Positions 24,327-32,260 of a stretch of 50,298 nt of DNA are shown one piece after another. Under the pieces are notes generated by a model, which was given only the letters and a program-made list of their open reading frames with translations, made no database searches and was not told the DNA's origin. The DNA is from an uncultured Gammaproteobacteria bacterium. Its GTDB lineage: Bacteria > Patescibacteriota > Patescibacteriia > PEXW01. Numbering within the stretch: the stretch's first letter is position 1; the number at the start of each line of letters is the position of its first letter. A program made the position numbers and the translations under genes. The DNA lies in the NCBI GenBank assembly GCA_964486505.1, contig CAZAMC010000004.1, positions 1 through 50,298 of the forward strand. Direction: 5' to 3'.

Positions 24327-25378
24327 CGGTGTTTCCAACCACGTATGAGTTTCTCGTACACCTTCAGGTACCCAGTCACCATGGCATCCACGGAGAAGTG
24401 CGCTTGCGCGCGTGCCCGGCAGTCTTTGGGCTTGATGAGCCCAAGCTTGGGGACCATGCGTGCGGCTTCTTCCACGGTGTGCACGAGGTACCCGGTTTTC
24501 TTGTGCGCAATGACTTCTGGCGCCGCGCCGCGGGCAATGGCAATCACCGGCGTGCCGCAGGCGTTCGCTTCCGCCATGAACAAGCCAAAGGGCTCTTCCC
24601 ACTGGATGAGAGCGAGCAAGCCAGCGGCGCGGGAGAGGAGCTTCGACTTGCCGGCGTGGTCAACTTCCCCCAAGAACTTTATTTGCTTGCCATCGATGAG
24701 TGGTTTCACTTTTTCGTTGAAGTACTTCACGTCAACCTGGTCGACCTTCGCCGCCATAATCAGCCGCCGCTTGGTTCTCTTCGCCACTTGGATAGCTTGC
24801 ACGGGGCCCTTCTCCGGGCTCATCCGGCCGAGGAACGCCAGGTAATCATCTTTCTTCTCCAGGTAGGGGAACGTGTCGACGCGGATGCCGTTGTATACCG
24901 TGGCCGCGTAGTTGAGCTTGAGGGGCTTGCGCTGGTTGTTGGAGATAGAGACGAAGTGGCAGTGGCTATACGGTTTGTACACGAGTCGCTGATAGCCGAT
25001 GTCCAGCGGACCGTGCAAGGTGGTGACAATGGGATGGGGGATGATGTTGGTGAACGGTAACACGCGCCAGCCAATGTGGTTGTGTACGATGTCGAACTTG
25101 CCCTGGACCACCGCGGTGAGGACCTTGCCCACCCCCATGAACTTCAACGATTCCCGAGCCTTTATTTCGGAGCCGGTGTGGGCGCGCAAGGGGCCAGGGA
25201 AGACTTTTACCAACTTGGCCTTGGTTTTGCTCCCACCCACGGAGAAGAGGGTTACGTCGTGACCACGCTGCACCAAGCCGTCAGACAGGTTTGAGGCAAC
25301 GAGTTCCGTGCCCCCGTACTTGGTGGGCGGGACGGTCTCTTCGAAGGGGACCAGCTGGGCAATGCGGAGCTTGCGCAT
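24323..25378 (-). CDS. GT4-family glycosyltransferase (paralog of 22285..23343)
   Basis: The internal ATG (MRKLRIAQLVPFEETVPPTKYGGTELV) of the listed 24323..25705 ORF gives 351 aa. It has WEEPFGLFMAEANACGTPVIAIARGAAPE. Confidence 0.9.
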   Translation of the reverse strand: MRKLRIAQLVPFEETVPPTKYGGTELVASNLSDGLVQRGHDVTLFSVGGSKTKAKLVKVFPGPLRAHTGSEIKARESLKFMGVGKVLTAVVQGKFDIVHNHIGWRVLPFTNIIPHPIVTTLHGPLDIGYQRLVYKPYSHCHFVSISNNQRKPLKLNYAATVYNGIRVDTFPYLEKKDDYLAFLGRMSPEKGPVQAIQVAKRTKRRLIMAAKVDQVDVKYFNEKVKPLIDGKQIKFLGEVDHAGKSKLLSRAAGLLALIQWEEPFGLFMAEANACGTPVIAIARGAAPEVIAHKKTGYLVHTVEEAARMVPKLGLIKPKDCRARAQAHFSVDAMVTGYLKVYEKLIRGWKHR

Positions 25379-25435
25379 ACGTATAAGGTGAGGTGAAAGG
25401 TACACGTAGTATACTGTAGATAACCCACAGCGACT

Positions 25436-26539
25436 ATGTCCGAACAGCCAAGAGGTATTATCCCCGAAGCCGCCCGCGAGTTTGCGCCAGGTAACGTGTA
25501 TGAAAATTCGCCGTACGCCCGCCTGCGCGCCGAGCAAGCCGAGCGGGACGAGCCCTTTACTGTGGCTTTCTCTGACGTCGACAACACCTTTCATCGTAAA
25601 GATCGGCTGGAAGAATCGCGGGCGCTTTACGCCGCCGCCGTTGAAAAGGATTATCCTATCGTGGCAGTGACCGGGAATGACCTGGCGGGCATCGAGAAGC
25701 GCCAAGCAACGAATGAGCTACCCAAGTTTCCAGTGCTCATTGGCTCGGTCGGTACGGAAATTCACGTCCTGCAACCAGACGGCACCTACAAACGGGACGA
25801 GGAATTTCGGGAGATGCTGCTTACAGACAAGCACTTCGATCGCCCAGTGATTGCGAAGTCCGCTGCCGAGATGATTGCTGATTTGGCCAAGCGCATACCC
25901 GAGGCCGAGCTCAACTACCAGGGCACAGAGCAGTCGCCCTATCGGCAGGCCGAAGAGGCGTACGTCAAAGATCCGGAAGCCAACCGAGAAAACGTGCAGG
26001 AGTTCAAAGTGAGCTTTCACTTTTTTGCCGATTCGCCCGAAGCGGTAGAGGCCATTGCCGCGGAAGCTGAACAACGTTTTCCCGGCCAGGAACTGGTTAT
26101 TTGCGAGGAGATTAACTACAACAACCAGCTGCCACCCGAAGAACTGCGGAAGAAGTACTGCCTCGACGTTGTGCCAATTACCAAAGCCGGAGCAGTAGAG
26201 TACGTTACTAAAAAGACCGGCGTCGAGAAGGGCATTGTTGCGGGGGATAGTGGGAATGATGCTGACATGCTCATGAAATCTGGGAAGCTCCAGGCCATTG
26301 TTGTGGGTGGTGCGAAGTCAGAGCTCCTCGTTGTAGCGGACAAGGTCACCGCAGAGAAGCCGGGCAAGAGTAGCTTCCGTCGTGTGCTGGGGCCCGATGG
26401 CGCACTGAAGGCCATGTACGTTGAGCGCGGTGAGCGGAAAGGCCCCGAGAGCATCCAGTATGCTGGTGAAGTGCTACAGCGGGCGGAGAATATCCAAAAG
26501 ATTCGGGCCGAGCGTGATAGCACCCCTGCAGGGCAATAA
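25436..26539 (+). CDS. HAD-IIB hydrolase of the sucrose-6F-phosphate phosphohydrolase (SPP/S6PP)-like family, with an extended cap
   Basis: 367 aa. Motif I FSDVDNTFH, AVTGND, IGSVGTEIHV, and motif IV AGDSGNDADML. Confidence 0.85.
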   Translation: MSEQPRGIIPEAAREFAPGNVYENSPYARLRAEQAERDEPFTVAFSDVDNTFHRKDRLEESRALYAAAVEKDYPIVAVTGNDLAGIEKRQATNELPKFPVLIGSVGTEIHVLQPDGTYKRDEEFREMLLTDKHFDRPVIAKSAAEMIADLAKRIPEAELNYQGTEQSPYRQAEEAYVKDPEANRENVQEFKVSFHFFADSPEAVEAIAAEAEQRFPGQELVICEEINYNNQLPPEELRKKYCLDVVPITKAGAVEYVTKKTGVEKGIVAGDSGNDADMLMKSGKLQAIVVGGAKSELLVVADKVTAEKPGKSSFRRVLGPDGALKAMYVERGERKGPESIQYAGEVLQRAENIQKIRAERDSTPAGQ

Positions 26540-26547
26540 GCACATGC

Positions 26548-27444
26548 ATGTCCGTTGAAGCCGGCATCATCGCTGCGTTCCTCGCCTTCCTGGCCTGGGG
26601 GTTTGGCGACTTCGCCATTCAGCGCTCGGTGCGACGCGTGGGCGCGGTACCGGCGCTCTTCTTCATTGGCATCTTTGGGCTCGTTGGTCTGCTGCCGTTC
26701 GTCTGGAACGACATACCGCTCTTCTTCCAACAGGAGAACCTGCTCACGCTCCTCATCGTAACGGGCGTCATTACTTTTACGTATGCGGTTTTCTTCTTCC
26801 AGTCGCTCGGCACGGGCAAGATATCCATTATTGAGCCGGTGATGAGTTTTGAGCTCCCACTCACCATCGCCATTGGTGTGCTGGTAGTAGGCGAGCGCTT
26901 GAGTGCTCTGCAATTTGTTCTCTCCCTGGCGGTGTTTGCCGGGCTTGTCCTCACTGTTGTCCATCGTGAGCCGCGGCACTGGTGGAACGTGCTCTTCCGT
27001 AAACGTTCGCATTTGGAACGGGGCGTACTCCTGGCTATCGTCGCCGTTGTTCTCTCTGCGGGGGCCAACGTTTTTACCGGCGTGCTCAGCCAAGATTCGA
27101 AGCCTCTCCTGGCAATTTGGGGCGTGAATGGGGTGTACAGCATTCTCTGCTTGGTATGGATGGTCAGCAGGAAAGAGGTCGTGGCGTCGTTCCAACACGC
27201 GCGTACCTACTGGCGCCCGATATTTCTTCAAGGGGTACTCGATAATATCGCCTGGGTAGGTTTCGCGCTCGCCGTGCAGGTGATTCCTATTTCCATAACC
27301 ATAGCCATTACCGAGAGCTACATAGCCCTCGCCGCACTCCTGGGCATACTTATAAATAAAGAGCGCCTCCAGCGCCACCAGTACATTGGCATTGTCATTA
27401 CGCTTCTCGCAGCGATTGTATTGGCGACAGTGAGCGAGCGGTAG
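26548..27444 (+). CDS. EamA/DMT-superfamily transporter
   Basis: 298 aa, about 10 hydrophobic segments arranged as two EamA-like halves (FLAWGFGDFAIQRS...). Confidence 0.85.
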   Translation: MSVEAGIIAAFLAFLAWGFGDFAIQRSVRRVGAVPALFFIGIFGLVGLLPFVWNDIPLFFQQENLLTLLIVTGVITFTYAVFFFQSLGTGKISIIEPVMSFELPLTIAIGVLVVGERLSALQFVLSLAVFAGLVLTVVHREPRHWWNVLFRKRSHLERGVLLAIVAVVLSAGANVFTGVLSQDSKPLLAIWGVNGVYSILCLVWMVSRKEVVASFQHARTYWRPIFLQGVLDNIAWVGFALAVQVIPISITIAITESYIALAALLGILINKERLQRHQYIGIVITLLAAIVLATVSER

Positions 27445-27464
27445 TGGTGTAGGAAAAAAGACGA

Positions 27465-27493
27465 TTGACAGTAGTTTACGCTAGACGTAGGGT
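27465..27493 (+). promoter_or_regulatory. candidate promoter (TTGACA - 17 nt - TAGGGT) upstream of 27536..28375
   Basis: TTGACA at 27465-27470 and TAGGGT at 27488-27493. GGAG at 27525-27528 lies 7 nt before the ATG. Confidence 0.3.
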
Positions 27494-27535
27494 TTTGCTG
27501 CACATACGTATAACACAGAAACACGGAGTAAAGAC

Positions 27536-28375
27536 ATGAGTCATCCAAACCTCAGTCCCTCGCTCTCACGGATCGTTGAAAACCAGCACATGTACCGCGA
27601 CATGCATCCGGGTGAGGAGATCGAAATCATTGCCCTTGATGCGGTCACGAAGCAGCCGAATCGTTGCCGCATTCGGGTGGTATCCATCCGGCCGGCGGCC
27701 GAGAAAGACAGCCCGCCTGATGTAACCTTCGAATACCTCGGGGATACCTTCAACTTTTTTGCCTGGGAAGGTCGTGGACAGGTCATGCTTCCCCCGGGTG
27801 CACTTATGGAAGCCGGAATCAGCGCCACGCTCATTCCCCAGTACATTCAGCGCCTCGTGGGCTTTGGAGGAATCGGCGTGGGCCGTGACTACTGCTTCCA
27901 GCATGCGGGCGGTGAGTTCGGACGCTTTGCAGTTCTCCACAGCATTAGCGCGTTGGGCTCGAAGTACGACGCGAGTATCCCATTCGTTGCTCCGGACGTG
28001 GAGGCGCATCTGGCGAAAATCGCAGCTGGGCAAGCGGCGGATGAGCAAAAGCTCGTTGACGAACTACCCGAGGAGATTGTCATTCCAGATGCACACCGCC
28101 ACCGGCAGCTCGAAGTGAAACTCGAAGAGTACCGCGGTCGCATCGACAGGTACAAACACCCGCAGCTGCAGGCAACGACGCGCGCAAAGATTGCTGTGCT
28201 CGAGCGGCTCCTGGAACACGGCGTATTCCGACCCAAGGATGAACGCCCGACGTTTGCGACAGCGCCGTGGTTCACGAGTGAAGCGTACTTCACTGCCTGC
28301 GACGTAGTGAATGAGTACTGCATCAACGGCGGTATTCACCTGCACGGCGGTACTGGCCTCCCTGACATTCCATGA
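27536..28375 (+). CDS. hypothetical protein (279 aa)
   Basis: Long ORF with an SD and a downstream terminator. No recognisable motif. Confidence 0.7.
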   Translation: MSHPNLSPSLSRIVENQHMYRDMHPGEEIEIIALDAVTKQPNRCRIRVVSIRPAAEKDSPPDVTFEYLGDTFNFFAWEGRGQVMLPPGALMEAGISATLIPQYIQRLVGFGGIGVGRDYCFQHAGGEFGRFAVLHSISALGSKYDASIPFVAPDVEAHLAKIAAGQAADEQKLVDELPEEIVIPDAHRHRQLEVKLEEYRGRIDRYKHPQLQATTRAKIAVLERLLEHGVFRPKDERPTFATAPWFTSEAYFTACDVVNEYCINGGIHLHGGTGLPDIP

Positions 28376-28389
28376 TTGCACATCGAAAA

Positions 28390-28416
28390 AGCACCCGACG
28401 ACCTCTGGGTGCTTTT
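28390..28416. terminator. bidirectional hairpin terminator between convergent genes
   Basis: AAAA, then AGCACCC (28390-28396), a 10-nt loop, GGGTGCT (28407-28413), then TTTAT. Confidence 0.6.
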
Positions 28417-28421
28417 ATCAT

Positions 28422-29699
28422 TTACTTCTTGCCACCCGCCTTCTCAACCGTGCGTGCGTACGCGTGGGCGACTTGCTTGGCGATGATCTTCCAGGAGAAG
28501 GAGGTCTTCACCAGGTCCCGTCCCCCACGGATGAGCTTTTCGCTCAACTCTTTATCCGTGAGTACGCGTTCGAGCTGGTGCGCAATTGCACCCGGGTTAC
28601 GAACCGGCACCAGTATCCCGCTCTTCCCATCCCGCACGCTATAGGGAAGGCCGCCCGTATCGCTGGCAATCACTGGAGATTTTGCGGCCATGGCCTCGAG
28701 TGGCACCATGCCAAAGGGTTCGTAGTAGCTCGGGATGACCGTAACGTTGGCCGCGGAGTAGTAGAAGTGGAGCTTCTCTTGCTGCACTGCGCCCGTAAAG
28801 ATCGTGCGGTCGCGGATACCGTACTCTCGGCAGACGTCTTTGAGACGCTTGATCTCCTCGCGCACTTCGGGCTCGGCGCGGCGGCCCAGATTGCCGCCCA
28901 CAATGTAGAACCAGGCTTTTTTGCGGAGTTCAGGATGGTGCTTGAAAAGTTTGGCTACGGCAATGGCGAGCGTGCCTATACCTTTCCGCCATTCCACACG
29001 GCCGGTATAGAGAATAATCTTGTCCTCCGGTGGGGCACCAATCTTCTTGCGGGCCAGGTTTCGGTCTACGGGATGGAAGCGGATGAGGTCCACCCCGCAC
29101 GGCACGACGCGCACCTTGTCCATTCTGGCGTTGTAGTGCTTTTCTAGGTACTCCTTTTCGTACGGGCTGGTGCTAATAATGCAGTCGGCCTTTTGCGTAA
29201 TGTCGCGTTCAATGGCGATGCGGTGCTTAATTTCTTTGGTGTTCAGGCTCTGCTCGCGGAAACCTTTGAGCGCGTTGTAGCGCATGATGCCCAAGCTGTG
29301 GTAGGTGTGGGCTTGCGGCACTTTCAGGATGTACTTCAGCTGCATGGTTACCCAGCCTGCCTCCCAGTAGTGTGAGTGCAACAAATCGTACTCAGCTTTT
29401 TCCTGCTTCTGCCACGCTAAGAAATTGCTAATGAATTCCGGGAGCAACGGCCCGAGCTTATTTTTGGGGATGAATTGCCGGTGCCCGGCACGCAGACGGA
29501 TAAACTGCACGTGCTTGCTTACACGGACGCGCTCTTTCTTGGCGCGGTTGTTCCAGCGCGAAAAGACATCCACGGTGTAGCCCAGCTTGCCGAGCGCTTT
29601 CGCGAGGTGGTAGACGTACACGTTTTGTCCACCCGCCTCAGCCGAGCCGAGTTTTTCCAGGGGATCGCAGTGGACGTTGACGAGGGCGATGCGTTTCAT
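28422..29699 (-). CDS. GT4 glycosyltransferase of the sucrose-phosphate-synthase / MshA-like subgroup
   Basis: The internal ATG (MKRIALVNVHCDPLEKLGSAEAGGQNVYVYHLAKALGKLGY) of the listed 28422..29861 ORF gives 425 aa. It has YEPFGMVPLEAMAAKSPVIASDTGG. There is an ATGA-type 4-nt overlap with the ruvC end. Confidence 0.85.
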   Translation of the reverse strand: MKRIALVNVHCDPLEKLGSAEAGGQNVYVYHLAKALGKLGYTVDVFSRWNNRAKKERVRVSKHVQFIRLRAGHRQFIPKNKLGPLLPEFISNFLAWQKQEKAEYDLLHSHYWEAGWVTMQLKYILKVPQAHTYHSLGIMRYNALKGFREQSLNTKEIKHRIAIERDITQKADCIISTSPYEKEYLEKHYNARMDKVRVVPCGVDLIRFHPVDRNLARKKIGAPPEDKIILYTGRVEWRKGIGTLAIAVAKLFKHHPELRKKAWFYIVGGNLGRRAEPEVREEIKRLKDVCREYGIRDRTIFTGAVQQEKLHFYYSAANVTVIPSYYEPFGMVPLEAMAAKSPVIASDTGGLPYSVRDGKSGILVPVRNPGAIAHQLERVLTDKELSEKLIRGGRDLVKTSFSWKIIAKQVAHAYARTVEKAGGKK

Positions 29700-30193
29700 A
29701 TGCTGGTGGCCGCGGTAACGGCTATCGCGAGCGCGTCGGCGGCGTCGTCGGGCTTGGGGATGCTCGGAAGGTGGAGGAGGACTTTCACCATACGTTGGAC
29801 TTGAGCTTTGTCGGCACGGCCGTAGCTGGAGAGAGCTTGCTTCACGGCTTGGGGGGTACACTCGTGCACCGGAATGTTCGCGTGCGCCAGGGCGAGGAGG
29901 ATAACGCCGCGCGCTTCGCTCACCTGCATGGCCGTGGTGGTGTTGCGGGCAAAGAAGAGGCGCTCCACCCCGCTCGCCTGGGGCTTGTACGTGCGGGCAA
30001 GGTCAGTAATTTTTGCGAAGATGAGTTGCAGGCGCTTGGCAAAAGGAGTGCCGGCCGGCGTTTCGATGACGCCGTAGTCCACAGCAGTGAGCCGATTGCC
30101 CGCCTGCCGCACCACGCCCCAGCCAACTCGGCCAAAGCCAGGGTCAATCCCCAGAATTACCTTAGGCAGCGTTCGTCCAGACCGCGGAGACAT
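29696..30193 (-). CDS. ruvC: crossover junction endodeoxyribonuclease RuvC
   Basis: 165 aa. It has ILGIDPGFGRVGWGVV and the conserved acidic residues of RuvC. It overlaps the yebC 3' end by 32 nt. Confidence 0.93.
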   Translation of the reverse strand: MSPRSGRTLPKVILGIDPGFGRVGWGVVRQAGNRLTAVDYGVIETPAGTPFAKRLQLIFAKITDLARTYKPQASGVERLFFARNTTTAMQVSEARGVILLALAHANIPVHECTPQAVKQALSSYGRADKAQVQRMVKVLLHLPSIPKPDDAADALAIAVTAATSI

Positions 30194-30884
30194 CGTCGTG
30201 TTCTTCTAAGGCCTCAACGACGCGTTGGAGTTTGGCGTCATCTTCCGGCGAAAGGGCGAGGGGAGTATTGGGAATGAGTTCAATGTCGGCAGAGGCACTC
30301 TGCAAACCCTGGTCGTGGACGAATGCTTGCAAGGCCTGGAGGTTGGGTGGAGGGCAGAGAATCGTCAAACCTTCCGGATCATCCTGGACATCATCGGCGC
30401 CGGCATCCACGCAGCCAAGTTCGAGCGCGTCCTTGTCTTTGTCCCGCAACTGATCTGCCGGAATGCGAATGACGCCTTTGCTCGTGAACTGCCAGGCAAC
30501 GCTGTTCTCGTTGCCGAGGTTGCCGCCGAGCTTGGTGATAATATTGCGAATTTCCGAGACCGTTCGGTTGCGGTTGTCGGTCATGGCTTGAATGACCAGG
30601 GCAGTGCCACCGGGCCCAAAGCCTTCGTAGGTCACTTCTTCAATTTGCTGGCCACCCGTGCCCGCCCCTTTGGCAATGGCGCGGTCAATGTTGTCTTTGG
30701 GCAAGCTCGCGGCTTTGGCTTTTTCAATAGCCAAGCGCAAGCGGAAGTTCATTGCCGGGTCTGCGCCGCCGAGCCGCGCCGCGACGGCGATGGCGTGTCC
30801 GAGTTTCGTAAAAACCTGGCTCCGGCGCGCGTCCGCAATCCCTTTTTGCCGTTTGATCGTAGACCACTTTGAGTGTCCGGACAT
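30162..30884 (-). CDS. yebC: YebC/PmpR-family DNA-binding transcriptional regulator
   Basis: 240 aa. It has the invariant N-terminus MSGHSKWSTIKRQKG. Confidence 0.95.
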   Translation of the reverse strand: MSGHSKWSTIKRQKGIADARRSQVFTKLGHAIAVAARLGGADPAMNFRLRLAIEKAKAASLPKDNIDRAIAKGAGTGGQQIEEVTYEGFGPGGTALVIQAMTDNRNRTVSEIRNIITKLGGNLGNENSVAWQFTSKGVIRIPADQLRDKDKDALELGCVDAGADDVQDDPEGLTILCPPPNLQALQAFVHDQGLQSASADIELIPNTPLALSPEDDAKLQRVVEALEEHDDVSAVWTNAA

Positions 30885-31047
30885 ACCCGTACCGGCAATG
30901 CGAAATCTCCCTCCAGAGTGGAAAGATTATACGACAACTGGAGGTTCTCGTCAATGCATTTTTTGCAACTCGGCGGCCGCTTGCGCGTTTCTAACGCCCG
31001 CGTTAGGGTTGGATGAATAGAAAAACCTTGAAAAGTAGGAGTATGGA

Positions 31048-32160
31048 ATGAGCAAAGACTTGACGTACGCGGGCGTCGGCGTTGATTACGACGCGATGGA
31101 TCCGTTCAAGCGAATCGCGCAGCGGGCCGGCAGAGAAACGGCCGCAAACATCACGCGTTTGAACGGCGGTGAATTCCAGGAGTTCGAAGCGAGTCGGGGC
31201 GAGAGCTGTTACCTCATCGAAGCAGCGCGGAGCTACTTCGCCCATGTCGAGGAGGGGCTGGGGACGAAGAACCTGGTCGCCGATGCGATGTACGGCCTCA
31301 CTGGCAAGACCTTCTATGACGCTGTTGCCCAGGACACGGTGGCGATGATCGTCAATGATATGGTAACGCTCGGCGCGTTGCCGCTGTCGGTGGCGATGCA
31401 CCTGGCGGTCGGCGAATCGAGCTGGTTTCAGGATGAGCAGCGGTGCCGGGATCTGGTGGAGGGCTGGCAGCACGCCTGCAACCTGTCGCGTTGCGTTTGG
31501 GGCGGCGGCGAGACGCCCACTCTCAAGGGCGTTGTGGTCCCGGGGACCGTCGTGCTCTCCGGTTCAGCCATCGGTTTGATTAAACCGAAAGAGCGTCTCA
31601 TCAAAGGCGATGTTCAGGACGGTGATCAGATCGTGCTCATCGACAGTTCCGGCATTCACGCCAACGGCCTCACTCTTGCTCGGGAGATTGCGACGAAGGT
31701 GCCTCAGGGATACCTGGCGCCGCTCACGGGCGAGACGACGTATGGAGCAGCGCTCTTGCAGCCGACCATTATTTACGCCCCGCTGGTGGAGGACTGCCTC
31801 AACGCGGGGGTCAACATCCACTACGCCGTGAATGTCACGGGTCATGGCTGGCGCAAACTCATGCGCCTGGCAAAACCGTTCACCTACGTGATTGACGAGA
31901 TCCCAAAGCCGCAGCCGGTGTTTGACTTCATGCAGCAGCATGGGCCGATTACGGATGAGGAAGCCTACGGCAACCTCAACATGGGCGCCGGTTTCGCGCT
32001 GTACGTGCCGGCACCCGATGTCCCAACCGTGCTCAACTGCGCCCGGGCACTCGGTATGGTTGGCCGCCGCGCTGGTCACATTGAGGTCTCGGAGACCAAG
32101 CGCGTTGTCATCACGCCCAAGAAGCTGGAGTACCTTGGTTCGACCCTCCAGGTTCGCTAA
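31048..32160 (+). CDS. purM: AIR-synthase (PurM)-family protein, likely phosphoribosylformylglycinamidine cyclo-ligase
   Basis: 370 aa. It has YAGVGVDYDAMDPFKR, GLGTKNLVA, IVNDMVTLGALPL, WGGGETPTL and SSGIHANGLTLAR, which parallel PurM motifs. AGGAG lies 6 nt before the ATG. Confidence 0.65.
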   Translation: MSKDLTYAGVGVDYDAMDPFKRIAQRAGRETAANITRLNGGEFQEFEASRGESCYLIEAARSYFAHVEEGLGTKNLVADAMYGLTGKTFYDAVAQDTVAMIVNDMVTLGALPLSVAMHLAVGESSWFQDEQRCRDLVEGWQHACNLSRCVWGGGETPTLKGVVVPGTVVLSGSAIGLIKPKERLIKGDVQDGDQIVLIDSSGIHANGLTLAREIATKVPQGYLAPLTGETTYGAALLQPTIIYAPLVEDCLNAGVNIHYAVNVTGHGWRKLMRLAKPFTYVIDEIPKPQPVFDFMQQHGPITDEEAYGNLNMGAGFALYVPAPDVPTVLNCARALGMVGRRAGHIEVSETKRVVITPKKLEYLGSTLQVR

Positions 32161-32173
32161 GCACCTTTGAAGA

Positions 32174-32204
32174 ATACGACGGTCCTCGCGATCGTCGTAT
32201 TTTT
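32174..32204 (+). terminator. Rho-independent terminator after the purM-like gene
   Basis: An 8-bp stem, ATACGACG (32174-32181) with CGTCGTAT (32193-32200), followed by TTTT. Confidence 0.6.
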
Positions 32205-32260
32205 GTACTTGCGCGTTTTTTCGGCCCGCGCTAGGGTGATCGCAGACAAAAGCTTTCCAC

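Noticed and set aside
23886-24845. 319-aa plus-strand ORF, plus 24329..25060, 22331..22747, 21493..21846 and 28311..29147, antisense to the kinase and GT4 genes
   Set aside because: The minus-strand frames carry the GT4 E-x7-E and APH catalytic motifs. The plus-strand ORFs have none and overlap gene junctions.
26116-27378. 420-aa minus-strand ORF spanning the HAD phosphatase and EamA transporter genes
   Set aside because: It crosses the boundary of two well-supported plus-strand genes and has no motifs. Its composition is typical of antisense frames in GC-rich coding DNA.
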